Source: Deltaproteobacteria bacterium
GTDB taxonomy: Bacteria; Bdellovibrionota_C; UBA2361; OMII01
Length of the DNA stretch: 64,000 nt
Direction of reading: 5' to 3'
Assembly: GCA_947488865.1 (NCBI GenBank)
Contig: CANLCB010000001.1
Location: 6,691-70,690, forward strand
In this document: positions 40,778 to 49,780 of the stretch, one piece after another
Numbering within the stretch: position 1 is the stretch's first letter
How the letters are laid out: every line of letters begins with the position of its first letter
Position numbers and translations under genes: made by a program
Notes under the pieces: model-generated
Seen by the model: only the letters and a program-made list of their open reading frames with translations
What the model was told of the DNA's origin: nothing
The model's database searches: none

Positions 40778-42928
40778 TTAACGAACCCGTACCCTTCGAG
40801 AACGGTTACCTTCCGAGTCGTAGGTGAAGCAAACGACTGGCTTGCTAGGACGCCTCATTCGGAACTCGTAGTATCCATCTGATTCGCTCTTCTTGGCCGC
40901 TACGGTAGTTCCTCCGCAGGTCAATGTTACAGCCGCACCATATAATGGCTGGTCGTTCTCGTCTGTGATCTCTCCGAAGACGTAGGCGCGGGTGCGTGTT
41001 CGTTCGATGGAAATCGACAGTTGATTGATGCCGTCCGCTGGTTGCCCTAAGTCAGGCTGCGCGGTTGGTTGTACCACTGGAGCGGGTGTCGTAGCGCGAA
41101 TTGGTGTCGCTGTTGGGGTGGCGGTTGGTGTCGCGGTTGCGGTCGCGGTTGGCGTTCTAGTTGGGGTCATCGTTGGTGTGCGTGTCGGTGTAAAGGTCGG
41201 CGTTACGGTGTAGATCGCGGTCGCGATTGGCCCCGGAGTTTTCGTGAATGTTGGCGTGACAGTCGGTGTCCGTGTAGGCGTTGCCGTTGGAGTACGGGTC
41301 GGTGTCGCTGTTGGCGTACGTGTCACGGTTGGGGTCATTGTTGGAGTCCACGTCGCGGTTCGAGTTGGAGTAACGGTCGGCGTGCGCGTTGGCGTAGCCG
41401 TGGGAGTTACCGTCGGGGTCTTGGTCGCCGTGTTCGTTACGGTTGGAGTTGGCGTACGAGTTGGTGTCGCTGTAAAGGTGCGAGTAGGCGTGATAGTAGG
41501 AGTTTGTGTCACCGTCCACGTAGCGGTTACGGTTGGCGTGACGGTTGCGGTCGGGGTAGCTGTTGGCGTTGTATTGATGGTCTGAGCCTTCAACAAGGCG
41601 GAGTAGATATTTGCTCTTCCTCCAGAAACAACCTTGCCCGTAAGAGATGTTAAGGGGTCTACAGTGGTGAGAAGGACACTCTTGATCTGCGCGTAGGTTA
41701 AGGCAGGCTTTACGGACATTATGAGTGCTGCCATTCCAGCTACGTGTGGTGTCGCCATCGAGGTTCCGCTCGCGGTAGCGTATTGTCCACCAAGGTAGGT
41801 GCTCAAGATGCTTTGCCCAGGAGCCGCAAGGTCGACCGAAGTTGCTCCCCAGTTAGAGAAAGAGGCGAGTGTGTCGGTATTAGTTGAGGCCGCTACTGAG
41901 ATAACGTTGTCTTGCGCGGAAGACGCTGGGTAGCTTGGAGAGATATCTGTATTTACAGCCGAGTTACCTGCCGCGGCTACTACAAGCACCCCGTTGTTCT
42001 TGGCGTTGATAATCGCGTCTTCTAAGGTTTGGCTGTACCCGCTACCACCCAAGGACATGCTCAAAATCTTCACTCCACGCTTAACCGCGTAGTTCATACC
42101 GGCTGCTACGCCTGCTGTGCTACCGCTACCGGTCGCGCTCAGCACCTTGACCGGCATGAGCTTCACGTTCCACGCCACACCAGCAACGCCGAGGGAGTTG
42201 TTTCCTCGAGCACCGATTGTTCCAGCGCAGTGAGTTCCGTGGAAGTGGTCGTCCATCGGGTTACCATCGTAGTTCACGAAATCGTATCCGTAGTAGTCGT
42301 CGACGAAGCCGTTTCGGTCATCATCGATGCCGTTACCTGGGGTTTCTCCAGCGTTAACGGCGATATTACCGGCGAGATCGGGGTGTGTGTATTCGATTCC
42401 CGTATCAATAATAGCTACCGTTACAGAGGCTGACCCAGTTGAGATGTCCCAGGCGCTTGGAGCGCGGATCGAGAGCATGCCCCAGAGAGATGAGTACAGA
42501 GAATCGTTAGGAGTCAGGTTGGTCTCGAGGATATAGTTCGGCTCGCAACGGAAATTGATTCCAGGGTTCGCGGCTCTCAAAGCGCTACAGGTCTTTTCGA
42601 TCTCAGCCTCATTTGGGGTTACCTCCTCAGCGGGACCATCACTCATAAGTCCCACTGAGGCGGAAACTACTCCCAGTGAGCCGTTATCAAGGCTCTGTGC
42701 CAAGTTTGCTTGGTCTGGGAGTACAAGGTCTTCTGCGCGGGCGGAGGAAGCTGATGACATTTGGTCGGAGTAGAGGGGGAAGGAAATCACGATCTCTTGA
42801 CCACGAAATACTTTTTTATCTGAAGCGTTTTGGGCGAACGCGCTGATAGGGGAGGAGAGAACGCTAACAAACGCGATAAGGGCGAGTGTTGTCTGCGGGG
42901 TTCTCGTATTGTCACATCTGAACTTCAT
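40778..42928 (-). CDS. secreted subtilisin-like (S8) serine protease with Thr/Pro-rich linker and small C-terminal beta-domain
   Basis: signal peptide; catalytic 'DTGI', '[11 protein letters not shown]', '[11 protein letters not shown]'; PT repeats give antisense ORF 41244-41585. Confidence 0.9.
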   Translation of the reverse strand: MKFRCDNTRTPQTTLALIAFVSVLSSPISAFAQNASDKKVFRGQEIVISFPLYSDQMSSASSARAEDLVLPDQANLAQSLDNGSLGVVSASVGLMSDGPAEEVTPNEAEIEKTCSALRAANPGINFRCEPNYILETNLTPNDSLYSSLWGMLSIRAPSAWDISTGSASVTVAIIDTGIEYTHPDLAGNIAVNAGETPGNGIDDDRNGFVDDYYGYDFVNYDGNPMDDHFHGTHCAGTIGARGNNSLGVAGVAWNVKLMPVKVLSATGSGSTAGVAAGMNYAVKRGVKILSMSLGGSGYSQTLEDAIINAKNNGVLVVAAAGNSAVNTDISPSYPASSAQDNVISVAASTNTDTLASFSNWGATSVDLAAPGQSILSTYLGGQYATASGTSMATPHVAGMAALIMSVKPALTYAQIKSVLLTTVDPLTSLTGKVVSGGRANIYSALLKAQTINTTPTATPTATVTPTVTATWTVTQTPTITPTRTFTATPTRTPTPTVTNTATKTPTVTPTATPTRTPTVTPTRTATWTPTMTPTVTRTPTATPTRTPTATPTRTPTVTPTFTKTPGPIATAIYTVTPTFTPTRTPTMTPTRTPTATATATPTATPTATPIRATTPAPVVQPTAQPDLGQPADGINQLSISIERTRTRAYVFGEITDENDQPLYGAAVTLTCGGTTVAAKKSESDGYYEFRMRRPSKPVVCFTYDSEGNRSRRVRVR

Positions 42929-43270
42929 AAGCGGTCTCTCGTACTGCTAACTACGTATTGGGAGCGCAATCGGTACCATGGCAAGCGATGGGCCATGTCG
43001 GGATTATCTGTTGTGCCGGTGAGTTGGCGTGGAGAGCCCGGTGAAAGGTGGAACTGAGGTACTTAGAGTTGGCACTTGTTGCGCAGTACGTGTGGCGGCG
43101 GGGTACGAGGACCGCTTACCACGTAGCGTGAATCGATGCCGTCGTAGCTAGACGTGTTTTGACGCTTTATATCCATCGAACCAAGGCGGGTCAAACGTAC
43201 GAAAAGTGACAGTCGACTCTTCCCCTTTGGTACGCGAGATACGAGAACTACTCAGGACGTCTGAATGACT

Positions 43271-43327
43271 AGAGAAAGGGTGGGAGCTCTACGTCTTGTT
43301 AAAAGACCTTATGTAAGAGAACCCACC
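43271..43327 (-). terminator. structured intrinsic terminator 3' of paralog 1 (GGTGGG...CCCACC outer stem, GTCTT/AAGAC inner stem, then U-rich tract)
   Basis: paired with homologous element at 44482-44534 showing compensatory changes. Confidence 0.6.
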
Positions 43328-43350
43328 GTGTTGTTGGCTAGCGGCTAGAG

Positions 43351-44184
43351 TTAAGGACTCAAGACGCCGTGGAGTCGCCGGAGTTTGCTCAGGCGGTCCT
43401 GGAGGTAGGAGACGAGTACCGCTGGGGCTTCGTCACGATACCCTCCAGGAACGATCGCTGAGAGAAGATTCTCCCAGGTGTTGAACGGCCAGTTTAAGGT
43501 ACCCGCCGTCTCGGCTCCCCAGTTCCGCTCTATTGAGTGGAACAATTCAAGCTCCGCAGGGGAGAGAGATGCTGGGTTGTTGAGCTTGTCCTTGAGGGCC
43601 TCGTGCAACTTCACAACTTCGTGCTCGATATCCTGGTGGATGGCTTTCGCTTTCGCCTTCCACTCGGGGTTATCGTACTCCTTGGCAAACAACTGCCTCA
43701 GATGGCGAGGAGTGGTCTTATTGAGGTCGGATACCCGCGCCTCAAGTTTGACTACAACCTCATTTGTTGGCGTTGTAGCGGGGGCCGATGTTGCATTCGA
43801 TGTCCCGGCTGTAGTCGTTGAGCTCGAGGTGAAGGACGAAGCTATCTTCGCCACCGCCTCGTCCATGACCGCCTGGGACTCTTTGCTCAGAGGCACGATT
43901 GCGATCGTTTTGGGCGTGATCTCAGGATGCATCCACAGAGGGATCTGGATCATAAGATACACCGCAACGCAGACGGTGAGATAGATCGGGATAGTCACGA
44001 GGTGGCTCACGGGAGCCGTCGTAGATGTCTGTCTTCCGTCCAGAAAGACGCCGAGTAACACACCCATTCCGAGCACCACTAGAGGAATCCAGTAGAATGG
44101 GAACGGCATGATGCACGCGTAGATGCCTATACCGAAAAAGAGGAGGCCGCATAAGCCGGCGAACCTCAGGTATTTGTCTGTCAT
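43351..44184 (-). CDS. 3-TM membrane protein of unknown family (paralog 1), T/S-rich linker and ~170-aa soluble C-domain
   Basis: start at ATG 44184 with AGGAG 8 nt upstream; TM segments then 'ELELFHSIERNWGAETAGTLNWP...YLQDRLSKLRRL' shared with paralog 2. Confidence 0.6.
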   Translation of the reverse strand: MTDKYLRFAGLCGLLFFGIGIYACIMPFPFYWIPLVVLGMGVLLGVFLDGRQTSTTAPVSHLVTIPIYLTVCVAVYLMIQIPLWMHPEITPKTIAIVPLSKESQAVMDEAVAKIASSFTSSSTTTAGTSNATSAPATTPTNEVVVKLEARVSDLNKTTPRHLRQLFAKEYDNPEWKAKAKAIHQDIEHEVVKLHEALKDKLNNPASLSPAELELFHSIERNWGAETAGTLNWPFNTWENLLSAIVPGGYRDEAPAVLVSYLQDRLSKLRRLHGVLSP

Positions 44185-44481
44185 GGTTTGTAACTCCTGC
44201 GAGCAATACACTACTAAGCAGACGTGCTTAGAAACTCAGTGAATTGCGATTCCTGAGCCAACTATGTCTTGGTTCAAGGATCGCAACTCAGAGGTTTCTC
44301 GATAAAACCTTTTGTACGTAGAGCTACCCGTATGAAATTAATGAAAGATCGAGTGCCTGCTCGGCATACACCGGCGGCTACGTAAGATATGCGATACTCC
44401 CTTTTTTGTGTGGACTAATACAATCGAGTGTTCAGATTAGAAGGGGGGATCAAGGCGAAGCTGTAGGTTTTAGATCGTAGG

Positions 44482-44534
44482 ATAAAAAGGGCGGGAGCTC
44501 TACGTTTTGTGAAAAACCTTATAAGAGAACCCGC
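44482..44534 (-). terminator. structured intrinsic terminator 3' of paralog 2 (GCGGG...CCCGC outer stem, GTTTT/AAAAC inner stem, then UUUUUAU)
   Basis: see 43271-43327; covariation T>C/A>G and C>T/G>A. Confidence 0.65.
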
Positions 44535-44542
44535 TTGATGAC

Positions 44543-45313
44543 TCAGATTGTTCCAGAGGGCAGATAACGCTCCATGAGAATCTGAAGTTCTTGCAATTTC
44601 CTGAGACGCGAACTGAGGTAGATATCAGTCGCGTCCATTGCTGTATCGTCAAGAACTTTAGGTCCAAGACGGTCCAGCACATCTTGAAAACGCAGGTAGG
44701 GTCTCCGAAGAAGACCTTGTGAGTACTGCGACCAGTTCTTGAGAACCAGATCGAACATACCCCGTTCAACTGGACTCGAAGAGGAGAGGGTTTTGTATCT
44801 CTCTTCTATGGCCGTATGAAGGCGGTCGAACTCTTTATCGAGTTCGGCTTGAACCGCCCGTGCCTCTTTCACCCAAGATGCCTCGCCATTGCTAGCGATG
44901 TACCATTCTCGGGTGTGGAGAGGTTTCCTTTCGTGAAGTCTCATGGTTCGGGTTTCGAGCCGATCATGTAACTCTTTACTTGGATGACGTGGGCCGACCG
45001 GGGTAACGGACTGTGAGGTCCGTTTTTGTTTGAACTTCTCTATCTGCTGTCCAATCCACGGCGCCATCGCGATGATGGATCCGAGAGCGAGAATAACAGA
45101 CATGATGATAAGTTTCCGTTTTGGTAACGGAATCCGCGCGACATATTTTGCGTTGTAATACACCGCACACCATCCAAGCTTCGCGGTGATACCTACGACC
45201 ATTAGTACCCACCAGGCGATGGGAGTAAACAGGCTCGAGATACACGCGGCTAAATAGATGACGCACAGATACGGCGCCGCACTGTCGAAGTGATCGATAA
45301 TTTTTTGTTTCAT
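44543..45313 (-). CDS. 2-3-TM membrane protein of unknown family (paralog 2)
   Basis: 256 aa; C-domain aligns with paralog 1 (NW..Q...L..P...F...L...P...YL..RL.KL..L). Confidence 0.6.
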   Translation of the reverse strand: MKQKIIDHFDSAAPYLCVIYLAACISSLFTPIAWWVLMVVGITAKLGWCAVYYNAKYVARIPLPKRKLIIMSVILALGSIIAMAPWIGQQIEKFKQKRTSQSVTPVGPRHPSKELHDRLETRTMRLHERKPLHTREWYIASNGEASWVKEARAVQAELDKEFDRLHTAIEERYKTLSSSSPVERGMFDLVLKNWSQYSQGLLRRPYLRFQDVLDRLGPKVLDDTAMDATDIYLSSRLRKLQELQILMERYLPSGTI

Positions 45314-45946
45314 TAGAAGGGAGCTACGATTCCTGAACCGAGAATTCCTGGCTCAAGGATCGCAGCCCTCTTCGTTCTTAAAACGCTCTAAACGTAAAGC
45401 TACCCGTATGGATTATTGAAAGAGCTTTGAAGGGTTGTCCGCTCCGCGGAAGCCCATGTTCTATGGTATCGAGACTTAAGGGTCTGTCATACCCCGAGTG
45501 TTTCAAAAAGACGGTCGCGATGAGCCGGCGTTGTGTCTTCATAGGGTGAAGCTGGTGGTTTAAGAATCGAAGCCGGAGCGTGCATGTTTGAGGGGGGCTT
45601 CGATTCAGACTACCGCCAATACCGCCATTACTCGAGGTTCTCTTCAACGTGAGGACAGATTGCCTGACCTAATTCATTCAGTGCTACAGGTTTAAGCAAC
45701 AAACTCGGATACAGAGCGAACAGGAATCAGAGATATGAGACTAGGGGCCCGTACCGCTAACTCAGGCTCAAGCAAGCGGAAAGGCCTAGCTCAACGGGTG
45801 GTACACATCCTTGTCTTGGCTACCTACCCACGTTACTTGGGGGTATCGGTCCCATTTACTGAAGTATCTCCTCGCTCAGCGGTTGTTGGATGTCCCACAC
45901 TCTTAAATATCAGGCGCGAACAAGCTCTACGAGCAGTCGAAGAGGT

Positions 45947-46933
45947 ATGGAATCTTCCACTTTTCTCAAGCGGTCGTTAGTCCTTCAGGGAGAGTTGCAG
46001 AAAAAAGCCTATCCGAACGCTTTTACGCTCGCGTCTATTTGCGGATGTTCTCGCAGTACCGCGATGAGAACGATCGACCGCCTCCGTTACGAGTTCGGAG
46101 TGCCAATAGAATACGACGAATCCAATAGGGGGTACTACCTCACGAACTCCGAGTTCTCGTTCGCATCGCTTCCCCCTGGGCGGGATGAGCTTGTAGCTCT
46201 GATCCTCCTTGGAGAGCTCGCTTCCATGATCGACGACGGCGCTCTTCAAGAGGCTGTGTATTCTCTTTGGACTCGCGTTACCAATGGGCGTGCTGATGTG
46301 GATCGCGATTTAGAGCATATCCGCGATAAATTGTCCTCGGAGACCACCTCTATCGCGAAGCTGGCCGATATAGATTTGGTGCGACTCCTTACGCTGTGTC
46401 ATCGGGGACAGCTCGTTGTCATCAGATATCGCTGCCCGTGGAGGCATGATGAGGATAGGTATTACGGTGGTATGTTCGAGCGCCTTCATTTTTCGGATGG
46501 CATTCTCTACGCGATGTTTAAAGATCAACGCGCCCGCCAGTTAGTGTTGAATGTGTCCTTCGTTAAAGAGGTAAAGGAGGTTTCTGAGATGCCGTCACTT
46601 CCTAATGGCGAGGAAGTCGAACTCCCAGCCAAGCCGTATTGGTTAGAGGGGACTGGTATTTGGTCGGGGAGGAAACCAGAGACAATTGAGATTACTATCT
46701 CCTCGCCAGCGTCTCGTTATTACGCCGCCCAAGTATGGCATGTCGACCAGGAGGATGCGTGGGATGGCGACATGCTGATTCGGAAATTCCCGGGGATCGC
46801 CTCACCCGAGCTTGCTCGGCGAGTTTTAAGTCTGGGTCGTTTCGTGCTCTCTGTGAAGCCACAGTGCGTTCTTGAATTAATGCGAGACGACGTGTGTCAT
46901 CTCCATGGACTGTGTAACGGGCACGACAGATAA
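45947..46933 (+). CDS. WYL-domain transcriptional regulator (HTH + WYL; BrxR/CapW/PafBC-like architecture)
   Basis: HTH 'FTLASICGCSRSTAMRTIDRLRYEFGVPIEYDESNRGYYL'; central WYL-like 'VVIRYRCPWRHDEDRYYGGMFERLHFSDGILYAMF'; start placed at MESSTF. Confidence 0.7.
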   Translation: MESSTFLKRSLVLQGELQKKAYPNAFTLASICGCSRSTAMRTIDRLRYEFGVPIEYDESNRGYYLTNSEFSFASLPPGRDELVALILLGELASMIDDGALQEAVYSLWTRVTNGRADVDRDLEHIRDKLSSETTSIAKLADIDLVRLLTLCHRGQLVVIRYRCPWRHDEDRYYGGMFERLHFSDGILYAMFKDQRARQLVLNVSFVKEVKEVSEMPSLPNGEEVELPAKPYWLEGTGIWSGRKPETIEITISSPASRYYAAQVWHVDQEDAWDGDMLIRKFPGIASPELARRVLSLGRFVLSVKPQCVLELMRDDVCHLHGLCNGHDR

Positions 46934-47150
46934 AAAAGCGCCTAGGGTTCACTAGGCGCTTCTTCGACTATTGAAAATCTGAGGAAAGGTTACTTAACCT
47001 TATCTCCAGCGATTTCGAACGACTTCGCCTGAGCGATGCCGATCGTTACAATATTGATAAGGACATCCGCTGGCTCTTGTTTGATTTTCACTGAGAGGTT
47101 CTCTGATAAACGCAAAGCGCCAGAATGAGGTTGCTTTCATCGAGAATTCC

Positions 47151-47167
47151 TGGGATGGCCCATCCCA
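47151..47167. promoter_or_regulatory. perfect palindrome TGGGATGG-C-CCATCCCA (candidate operator) ~55 nt upstream of the DUF465 ORF, preceded by 'cgagaattcctgg' motif shared with the paralog promoters
   Basis: read directly. Confidence 0.4.
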
Positions 47168-47220
47168 AATTTAAACAGTATCCGTCGTTGCGAAGGCCGC
47201 GGGGAAAAGGAGAAGGGATA

Positions 47221-47428
47221 TGCAAGGACAACACCCCAGCTTAATCGAGGAGTTTCCGGAATACCGAGAGCAGATCCATTCGCCGAATGGGAAGAGGTTG
47301 ATAAGAAGATCGCCCGCGCTGAGTTGCGCATTGAGTTGATGTCTGAGGATGCGGAAGACGAGGTACGTCGCTCTCGTCTTTCCTTAAAGGGCCAGATGTA
47401 CAAGATGCTCTCTGAGTCCGAATAACGA
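47221..47428 (+). pseudogene. DUF465 (YdcH-like) small protein gene interrupted by a frameshift
   Basis: frame 1: MQGQHPSLIEEFPEYREQI...; +1 frame continues DPFAEWEEVDKKIARAELRIELMSEDAEDEVRRSRLSLKGQMYKMLSESE*; both halves match the DUF465 pattern, neither frame is complete. Confidence 0.5.
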
Positions 47429-47542
47429 ATATTGAAAGGTTGGGGACTTCCCACCCCGCTTTTTTATTTGTTCCGTAGTACCCCCTTGGTTGAATCTGCA
47501 GAGAGGGGTACATTGGAGCCACCCGAAAGTGGGAAGACTTTT

Positions 47543-48307
47543 ATGGAGTGGCCGCGTATGCGACGACGATCTCTTTTATTCCAATCTCTTGCGCTCGTTT
47601 TATTTTCGTTAGCTCTTGGGGGTTGCGCCGCGAAGGAGCGCACGAAGCCGCTAAGTCCCGTATTCCTAGAGGATCGAGATGTTTCAGCGAAGGATGAAGA
47701 GCTTCCTTTCCTCCACGCTTGGATAGATCCTGAACTTCCCCCCGGTTACTACAATAAGGTGTATTTTCGCTCGGTATCGTTCGACAAGCTTCCACCGGAC
47801 GCTTGGAAGGCCAGTCGGAGTTCGTTCCTAACCAAAGAGTCTGAATTCAAGAAGCACGCTCAAGACTTAGCGGATTACTTCAAGCAACAGCTGGTCGATG
47901 AAGTCAGTCAGTACAAGAACGGAAGCTTTCAGGTCGTTGACCAAGCTGAAGAGCACGGTTTGGTATTCGATGTTGAGCTGACAGAGCTTGAGTTCTCCCA
48001 TCCGGTTCAGAAAGCTGGGATGCTCCTAGTTCCTGTACCTGGAGCGGCGGTTATGTTCTCCGCCGTTTCAGATCCTCATGTAGCGTTCGCCGCTCGTGTG
48101 TACGATGGTAAGACCGGAAAGTTGATCGCCACCCTAGGGGATAGAAAATTCCCACCTTTGAGAGTACTGGACGTAAACAAATTAACCATTACCAGCTCTG
48201 CCCGCGAGATCGTGCAGGCGTGGGCTGAGATTATTGCGGAAGGCCTTAACCGTGATAGATTCAAGAAGGTCGGCGATAGAGGGATCTTTAGAATCTTGCC
48301 TTGGTAG
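47543..48307 (+). CDS. hypothetical lipoprotein
   Basis: start at MEWPRM; lipobox 'LALGGC'. Confidence 0.55.
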   Translation: MEWPRMRRRSLLFQSLALVLFSLALGGCAAKERTKPLSPVFLEDRDVSAKDEELPFLHAWIDPELPPGYYNKVYFRSVSFDKLPPDAWKASRSSFLTKESEFKKHAQDLADYFKQQLVDEVSQYKNGSFQVVDQAEEHGLVFDVELTELEFSHPVQKAGMLLVPVPGAAVMFSAVSDPHVAFAARVYDGKTGKLIATLGDRKFPPLRVLDVNKLTITSSAREIVQAWAEIIAEGLNRDRFKKVGDRGIFRILPW

Positions 48308-48365
48308 TGTTCGAGGGAGCGCCTCGAAGGAGGGAATCTCCCTTCTCAATTAAGAGAAGGGAGAT

Positions 48366-49484
48366 TTAATCGCCTAGCCGCGGCTCTAAGCGTTTTCGAA
48401 GGTTGTCGAAGATCTTATCCTTAATCTGTCGAACCCGTCCGTGGCTCAGTCCATACTGTCTTGAGAGCTCGCGCATCGAGATGGGCTCGCCGTTAAAGCC
48501 ATAGTGTGACTCAAGGATGTCGAGCTCTCTTGGGTTGAGCTTGCCAAGAAAAGTTTTTACGACGCTCTCTCGTTCCAAGGCCAGAAGGGAGGAGTCGGGA
48601 TTCGTATCTCGGTGGTCTTGAATCTCGTCTGACGCTTCAGTGAACTCTTGCGCGATGGTAAGCATCGAGTCCGCGATGTCCATCGATATTCCAAACTTGC
48701 TTGCGATCTCCTCAATGCTGGGTCGGTTGCCTGGCTGTTCTAGGTAATGTTTGACTCGATGAAGTGTCGCGGAGAGGGGATATGCCAGGCGAATGACTTC
48801 CCCCGGGGGGGGCATCTCATCTTGCAGTGCTTTTCGAATGTAGAAAGGAGCGTAAGAGCTGAATCGAAATCCAAGGGCGGGCTCGAACCGTTCGATCGCT
48901 TTCAAGAGTCCAAGCCTTGCGGCTTGGCGATAGTCGTTGAGCCGCCCAGCCGGAGTTCTCATGTACCCCTGAAGGTTCCGCGCCAGTCCGTCGTTTCGCT
49001 CCGCAAGATTGTTTCGAATGTCGGTGTATTTCTCCCTCTCAGAGTTCATCGATGAGATTAAGCGCTTGGTCTCAGAGGCATTGCCTCCGAAAGCCTTTCG
49101 TAAATTTTGGACTAGCGCGTTGGTTGCCTCCAGAGTGCGTGGAGCTATTTCGAGATCCCGAAGTGTCGTCCATTCTCGTGAAATCGCGCACGACCGTGTT
49201 AGCGCGTCCTCGGGTGTCATCGGAAAGCGATTCAATTGCCCCGCGAGAAGCTGCTTTGCGTGAGGAGTTGAATTCGTTTGCGTCTCTTCGTGTAAGGTTC
49301 GAAGTGTTGGAAGCGCCTCCTTTAATTGGCGCAAACACTCGGGGGCTTTCTCGTGAGTGGTATGTACCCAGCGCATGGGAGAAATATTGTGTTCAACAAT
49401 TCTTTCAAATGTGGAGATTCGTTCTTGTTGGATTATCGGGAATGAATGGAGCGCCAGCCAAAAGGAGTCTCGATGAGCTGTCAT
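48366..49484 (-). CDS. alternative sigma-70-family sigma factor (group 3-like) with possible ~100-150-aa N-terminal extension; true start may be an internal Met
   Basis: region 2 'RLGLLKAIERFEPALGFRFSSYAPFYIRKAL', region 4 'SMRELSRQYGLSHGRVRQIKDKIFDNLRK'. Confidence 0.7.
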   Translation of the reverse strand: MTAHRDSFWLALHSFPIIQQERISTFERIVEHNISPMRWVHTTHEKAPECLRQLKEALPTLRTLHEETQTNSTPHAKQLLAGQLNRFPMTPEDALTRSCAISREWTTLRDLEIAPRTLEATNALVQNLRKAFGGNASETKRLISSMNSEREKYTDIRNNLAERNDGLARNLQGYMRTPAGRLNDYRQAARLGLLKAIERFEPALGFRFSSYAPFYIRKALQDEMPPPGEVIRLAYPLSATLHRVKHYLEQPGNRPSIEEIASKFGISMDIADSMLTIAQEFTEASDEIQDHRDTNPDSSLLALERESVVKTFLGKLNPRELDILESHYGFNGEPISMRELSRQYGLSHGRVRQIKDKIFDNLRKRLEPRLGD

Positions 49485-49744
49485 CCCTTGGATTGGTGAG
49501 CGACCGCGACTTGAAGCTCGTTGAGGCTGTTGATGGCGGGAAGGCTGAAGGTGTGAAGCTTGCGGAGGTTTGTGTCGGGGAAGTTTACTCTGTGAAGCAA
49601 GATGCTCTTGTTGCCGAGGTGGCAGGGCGCATGGCTGATGACACGTTAGGATCTGCCGTTGTCGAAGATGATCGTGGTCATGTGATTGGGATTGTCACAG
49701 CTGTCGATCTCTGCCGAGTATTGAGCACGATGCTCAAGGCCTAA
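49442..49744 (+). CDS. small CBS-domain protein (start uncertain)
   Basis: 'VYSVKQDALVAEVAGRMADDTLGSAVVEDDRGHVIGIVTAVDLCRVL' CBS motif; upstream part of ORF 49052-49744 is antisense to the sigma gene and Arg-rich. Confidence 0.4.
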   Translation: MNGAPAKRSLDELSSLGLVSDRDLKLVEAVDGGKAEGVKLAEVCVGEVYSVKQDALVAEVAGRMADDTLGSAVVEDDRGHVIGIVTAVDLCRVLSTMLKA

Positions 49745-49780
49745 GTCGGGTCCGGTAACTACCTAAATCCCTTATATCTT

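Noticed and set aside
49052-49441. N-terminal 130 aa of ORF 49052-49744
   Set aside because: Arg-rich, antisense to the sigma-factor gene; only the C-terminal CBS-like portion was kept, at low confidence.
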